Positions 60,942 to 64,000 of a stretch of 64,000 bases of DNA are shown piece after piece. Origin of the DNA: an uncultured bacterium (GTDB lineage Bacteria > Patescibacteriota > JABMPQ01 > CAVVCK01); contig CAVVCK010000001.1 of assembly GCA_963746775.1 (NCBI GenBank), positions 211,050-275,049 of the forward strand, read 5' to 3'. A program made the position numbers and the translations under genes. Every line of letters starts with the position of its first letter. Positions within the stretch are counted from its first letter, which is position 1. The notes under the pieces were generated by a model. That model worked only from the letters and a program-made list of their open reading frames with translations, did not search any database and was not told where the DNA came from.

Positions 60942-63350
60942 TTATCCTCTAATTTTTGCTCCCAATTCACTCTCTAATCTTTTAATAATTTTATTTTGAG
61001 TTTGTCTAGCTTCTTCATCTTTTAGCGTCCGATCATCTGCTCTATACATTAAGTGAAAAGCTAAGCTTTTAGTATTGGGTTCCAATCCTTTACCTGCATA
61101 AACATCAAATAACTCTAACTCTTTTAGCAAATCGCCGCCAGTTTTTTTAATTAAATCCTCTACTTCTTTTGCTTTTACGGATTTATTCAATACAAAAGCT
61201 AAGTCCAAGGTAATGCTGGGATATTTTGGCAAGGGTTTAAATTGCTTATTTAAAGTAGCCCTCGAAGATAATTGATCTATAGAAAAATTAAAAAAAGCTA
61301 CTTTTTTATTTTTTAAATTAAAATTATTTATAACTTGGCTATTACACATACTCATCGTGCCTAATATATCTTTTCCAAACAAAAATTGAATAGCCTGTCT
61401 TTCGGCATACATATTCCAGTATTCACAATCTTTTGTTTTTTCTAGCTCTTCAATTCTATATTTAATATTTAATTTTTCTAACAAAAATTCCAAAGTACCT
61501 TTAGCTTTATAAAAGACATCTTCGCGATTTCCAACAACTATTCCCGATAAAGATTTACACTCTATAGCACTATTAAAATATACATGCCCTATTTCAAAAA
61601 TTTTAAATTCATCATAATTTCTAAAATTAGTTTCCGCATTCTCTAATAATCGAGGAATTAATATTGTTCTTAAATATTTTAAATCTTGCGAACCGGCATT
61701 AGAAACTATTAAATGATCTTTAGTTGATAGTAAACATTTCTTTAATAATTTCTCTCCATAAAAAGAATAATTATAAACTTCAGAAAATCCTGCCCCTTCT
61801 AAATATTCCTCAATTTTTCTTCCCCAAAATAAATCAGGAAGCTCTGCAATCGGCTTCAAAACTCCTTTAATTTCTTGGGGTTCAATATCATCATAACCAT
61901 ACACACGAGCAATTTCCTCTACCAAATCCTCCTCTGCTTTAATATCAGTTCTATAAATTGGTACTTCAATATTTAAATATTCTTTTGATTGAGTAACGCC
62001 AAATTCTAAACTTTTTAAAATATTAACTATTTTAGCTTTAGGAATTTTAATTCCGATCAATCTTTCAATATAATCTAAATCGAGCTTAATTTTAATTTCT
62101 TTGGGTTTACTTTTTAAAGTATCAACGATATTGCTAGAAACCCTAGCTTCAGCATATTTTTCAAATAATTCACAAGCTCTATACAAACCATATTCTGGTA
62201 AATCTACGCTTTGTCCTTTTTCAAATCGCAATACTGCTTCCGAGCGTAAACCTAATTTCTGTGAAGTTTTTCTAACAGAAGTCCCATCAAAATTAGCTGC
62301 TTCTAGTAAAATGGTTTTAGTTTTTTCATCTACTTCAGAATTTAATCCTCCCATCACACCAGCAATTGCAATTGGCTCTCTCTCATCCGCTATCGCTAAC
62401 ATACTCTCATCTAAATTTCTCTTCTTATTATCTATAGTTACAATTGATTCATTTTTTTTGGCACTTCTTACAATAACTCTTTTTAATTTGTTCTGATCAA
62501 CCTTTGGATTATTATTGGCAAAAGCTATATTTTTAATTTTATTAAAATCAAAAGCATGTAAAGGCTGACCATATTCCAACATTACATAATTAGTAATATC
62601 AACAATATTATTAATTGGTCTCATGCCAGCTGCATCAAGTCTTGCCTGCATCCATTTGGGTGACTCCCTTATTTCAATATTATCCAATACTACTCCCATA
62701 TATCTAGGACATAATTTCTTATCTTTAACTTCAATTTGTATTTTATAATCACTGCCTGCTTTGGGTTTTTTTAATTTTGTTAAATTTAATTTTAAATTCA
62801 ACAAAGCCGATAATTCACGAGCAATACCAATATGACAAAATAAATCTGCCCTATGAGTAAGTGATTTATTATCAATATCTAAAATAATATCATCCAATCC
62901 CATATAGACACTAAATTTCTGACCCACTTTGGCATTTTCATCCAATACCATTATTCCCTCCGATTTTTTTGCCAAACCCAATTCTTCTTCAGCGCAAATC
63001 ATACCATTTGATTCCTCTCCTCTGATTTTAGCTTTTTCTATTTTGAAATCACCTGGCAATATAGCGCCAACCAAAGCTACAGGAACTTTTTGTCCCTTTT
63101 CCAAATTAGAGGCACCACATACTATATTCAACTTTTCTTTGCCAATAGAAACTTGCGCTTTAGATAATTTATCAGCATTAGGATGTTTTTCTTTTAATAA
63201 AACTTCACCGACAATAATATTTTTATACTTATCGGCTAAATCGATTACATCTTCCACTTCCGCAATTCCCATAGTTAAGCTATCCGCAATTTTTTTCGGC
63301 GATTGTTTTATATTTATATAATCTTTTAGCCAGTTGATAGATATCTTCAT
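60942..63350 (-). CDS. pheT: Phenylalanine--tRNA ligase beta subunit (start placed at MKISINWL)
   Basis: HPNADKL, IVCGASN, GQPLHAFD, AGVMGG, EDLVEEIARVYGYD, C-terminal FDX-ACB domain. Confidence 0.97.
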   Translation of the reverse strand: MKISINWLKDYINIKQSPKKIADSLTMGIAEVEDVIDLADKYKNIIVGEVLLKEKHPNADKLSKAQVSIGKEKLNIVCGASNLEKGQKVPVALVGAILPGDFKIEKAKIRGEESNGMICAEEELGLAKKSEGIMVLDENAKVGQKFSVYMGLDDIILDIDNKSLTHRADLFCHIGIARELSALLNLKLNLTKLKKPKAGSDYKIQIEVKDKKLCPRYMGVVLDNIEIRESPKWMQARLDAAGMRPINNIVDITNYVMLEYGQPLHAFDFNKIKNIAFANNNPKVDQNKLKRVIVRSAKKNESIVTIDNKKRNLDESMLAIADEREPIAIAGVMGGLNSEVDEKTKTILLEAANFDGTSVRKTSQKLGLRSEAVLRFEKGQSVDLPEYGLYRACELFEKYAEARVSSNIVDTLKSKPKEIKIKLDLDYIERLIGIKIPKAKIVNILKSLEFGVTQSKEYLNIEVPIYRTDIKAEEDLVEEIARVYGYDDIEPQEIKGVLKPIAELPDLFWGRKIEEYLEGAGFSEVYNYSFYGEKLLKKCLLSTKDHLIVSNAGSQDLKYLRTILIPRLLENAETNFRNYDEFKIFEIGHVYFNSAIECKSLSGIVVGNREDVFYKAKGTLEFLLEKLNIKYRIEELEKTKDCEYWNMYAERQAIQFLFGKDILGTMSMCNSQVINNFNLKNKKVAFFNFSIDQLSSRATLNKQFKPLPKYPSITLDLAFVLNKSVKAKEVEDLIKKTGGDLLKELELFDVYAGKGLEPNTKSLAFHLMYRADDRTLKDEEARQTQNKIIKRLESELGAKIRG

Positions 63351-63389
63351 AAATTTTTGTATATATTTACCCGCCCAGGACAGACTAAC

Positions 63390-63421
63390 GTACTTACGTT
63401 CGTATATACTATCGTAAGTAC
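63390..63421. promoter_or_regulatory. 32-bp operator-like palindrome between pheS and pheT
   Basis: GTACTTACGTTCGTA-TA-TACTATCGTAAGTAC, arms 13/15 complementary. Confidence 0.5.
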
Positions 63422-63537
63422 ACATTGATATTTTAGAATTTTTTTTTTAAAATTTATTTAAGCCACAAATTTGATCAAACTGTTAGAAAATTAGTTATTG
63501 GTCATTAGGAATTAGAAAATTATTCCTAATTCCCTTT

Positions 63538-64000
63538 CTAGAATTGATTAATAAACCTCAAATCCCCAGACATAAAATGTCTATTATCAGTAATTCCATA
63601 TTTCAACATTACTAATCTACTCAATCCCATACCAAAAGCAAAACCAGTGTATTTGCCCTTCGGATAACCGGCTGATTCTAAAACTTTAGGATGAATCATA
63701 CCACAAGGGATTAATTCTATCCAACCAGTATGCTTGCAAACACGGCACCCCTTACCTTCACAAAAAACACAACTCGAATCTAGCTCAAAGCCAGGTTCCA
63801 CAAAAGGAAAATAACCAGGACGCAAGCGTACTTTGACTTCTTTACCAAATATTTTACTCAATAAAGTTTTCTGAGTATAAATTAAATTAGCAATCGAAAT
63901 ATTTTCATCTACCATAAAGCCTTCCATTTGATAAAAGGTGTGATCATGCGACGCATCTGTTGCTTCATTGCGAAAACATCTACCAGGAACAACAACTCGA
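63538..64000 (-). CDS. pheS: Phenylalanine--tRNA ligase alpha subunit, C-terminal part (5' end outside window)
   Basis: [45 protein letters not shown]. Confidence 0.97.
   Translation of the reverse strand, partial: RVVVPGRCFRNEATDASHDHTFYQMEGFMVDENISIANLIYTQKTLLSKIFGKEVKVRLRPGYFPFVEPGFELDSSCVFCEGKGCRVCKHTGWIELIPCGMIHPKVLESAGYPKGKYTGFAFGMGLSRLVMLKYGITDNRHFMSGDLRFINQF

Noticed and set aside
63351-63425. N-terminal extensions of pheT (to 63425) and tmk (to 51491)
   Set aside because: The extensions run through repeat or palindrome DNA; family-typical starts lie downstream.

Overview
AT-rich bacterial chromosome segment using the standard genetic code (TGA terminates pilM, pilO and carS). Most genes are on the minus strand. 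Gene content and order suggest Patescibacteria/CPR (Parcubacteria-type; this is inference): a type IV pilus cluster with no secretin in the window, secG beside a lone peptide-binding protein, ftsK-rodZ-recA, rpoBC detached from rplKA, and few Shine-Dalgarno motifs. Housekeeping genes include groEL/ES, uvrA/C, rnj, trpS, rpsF-ssb-rpsR, efp, recA, rpoBC, miaA, gatB, thyA-folA-tmk, secE-nusG-rplK-rplA, gyrB and pheST. Four things stand out. (1) Three dispersed secreted fibre-like paralogues share a conserved N-terminal module and carry different tips, one with an S74 autochaperone. (2) Three lipid genes with an archaeal flavour (CarS, a type III-like GGPP synthase, a CDP-alcohol phosphotransferase) interrupt nusG-rplK-rplA, and carS-idsA is bracketed by a 71-bp direct repeat. 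(3) There is an archaeal Hel308-type helicase. (4) Many intergenic regions hold palindromic mini-elements, some nested, including three ACCACGTACG...CGTACGTGGT hairpins and heptamer-arm hairpins like those flanking the four-helix-bundle gene. All product calls come from motif recognition by eye; no searches were run.
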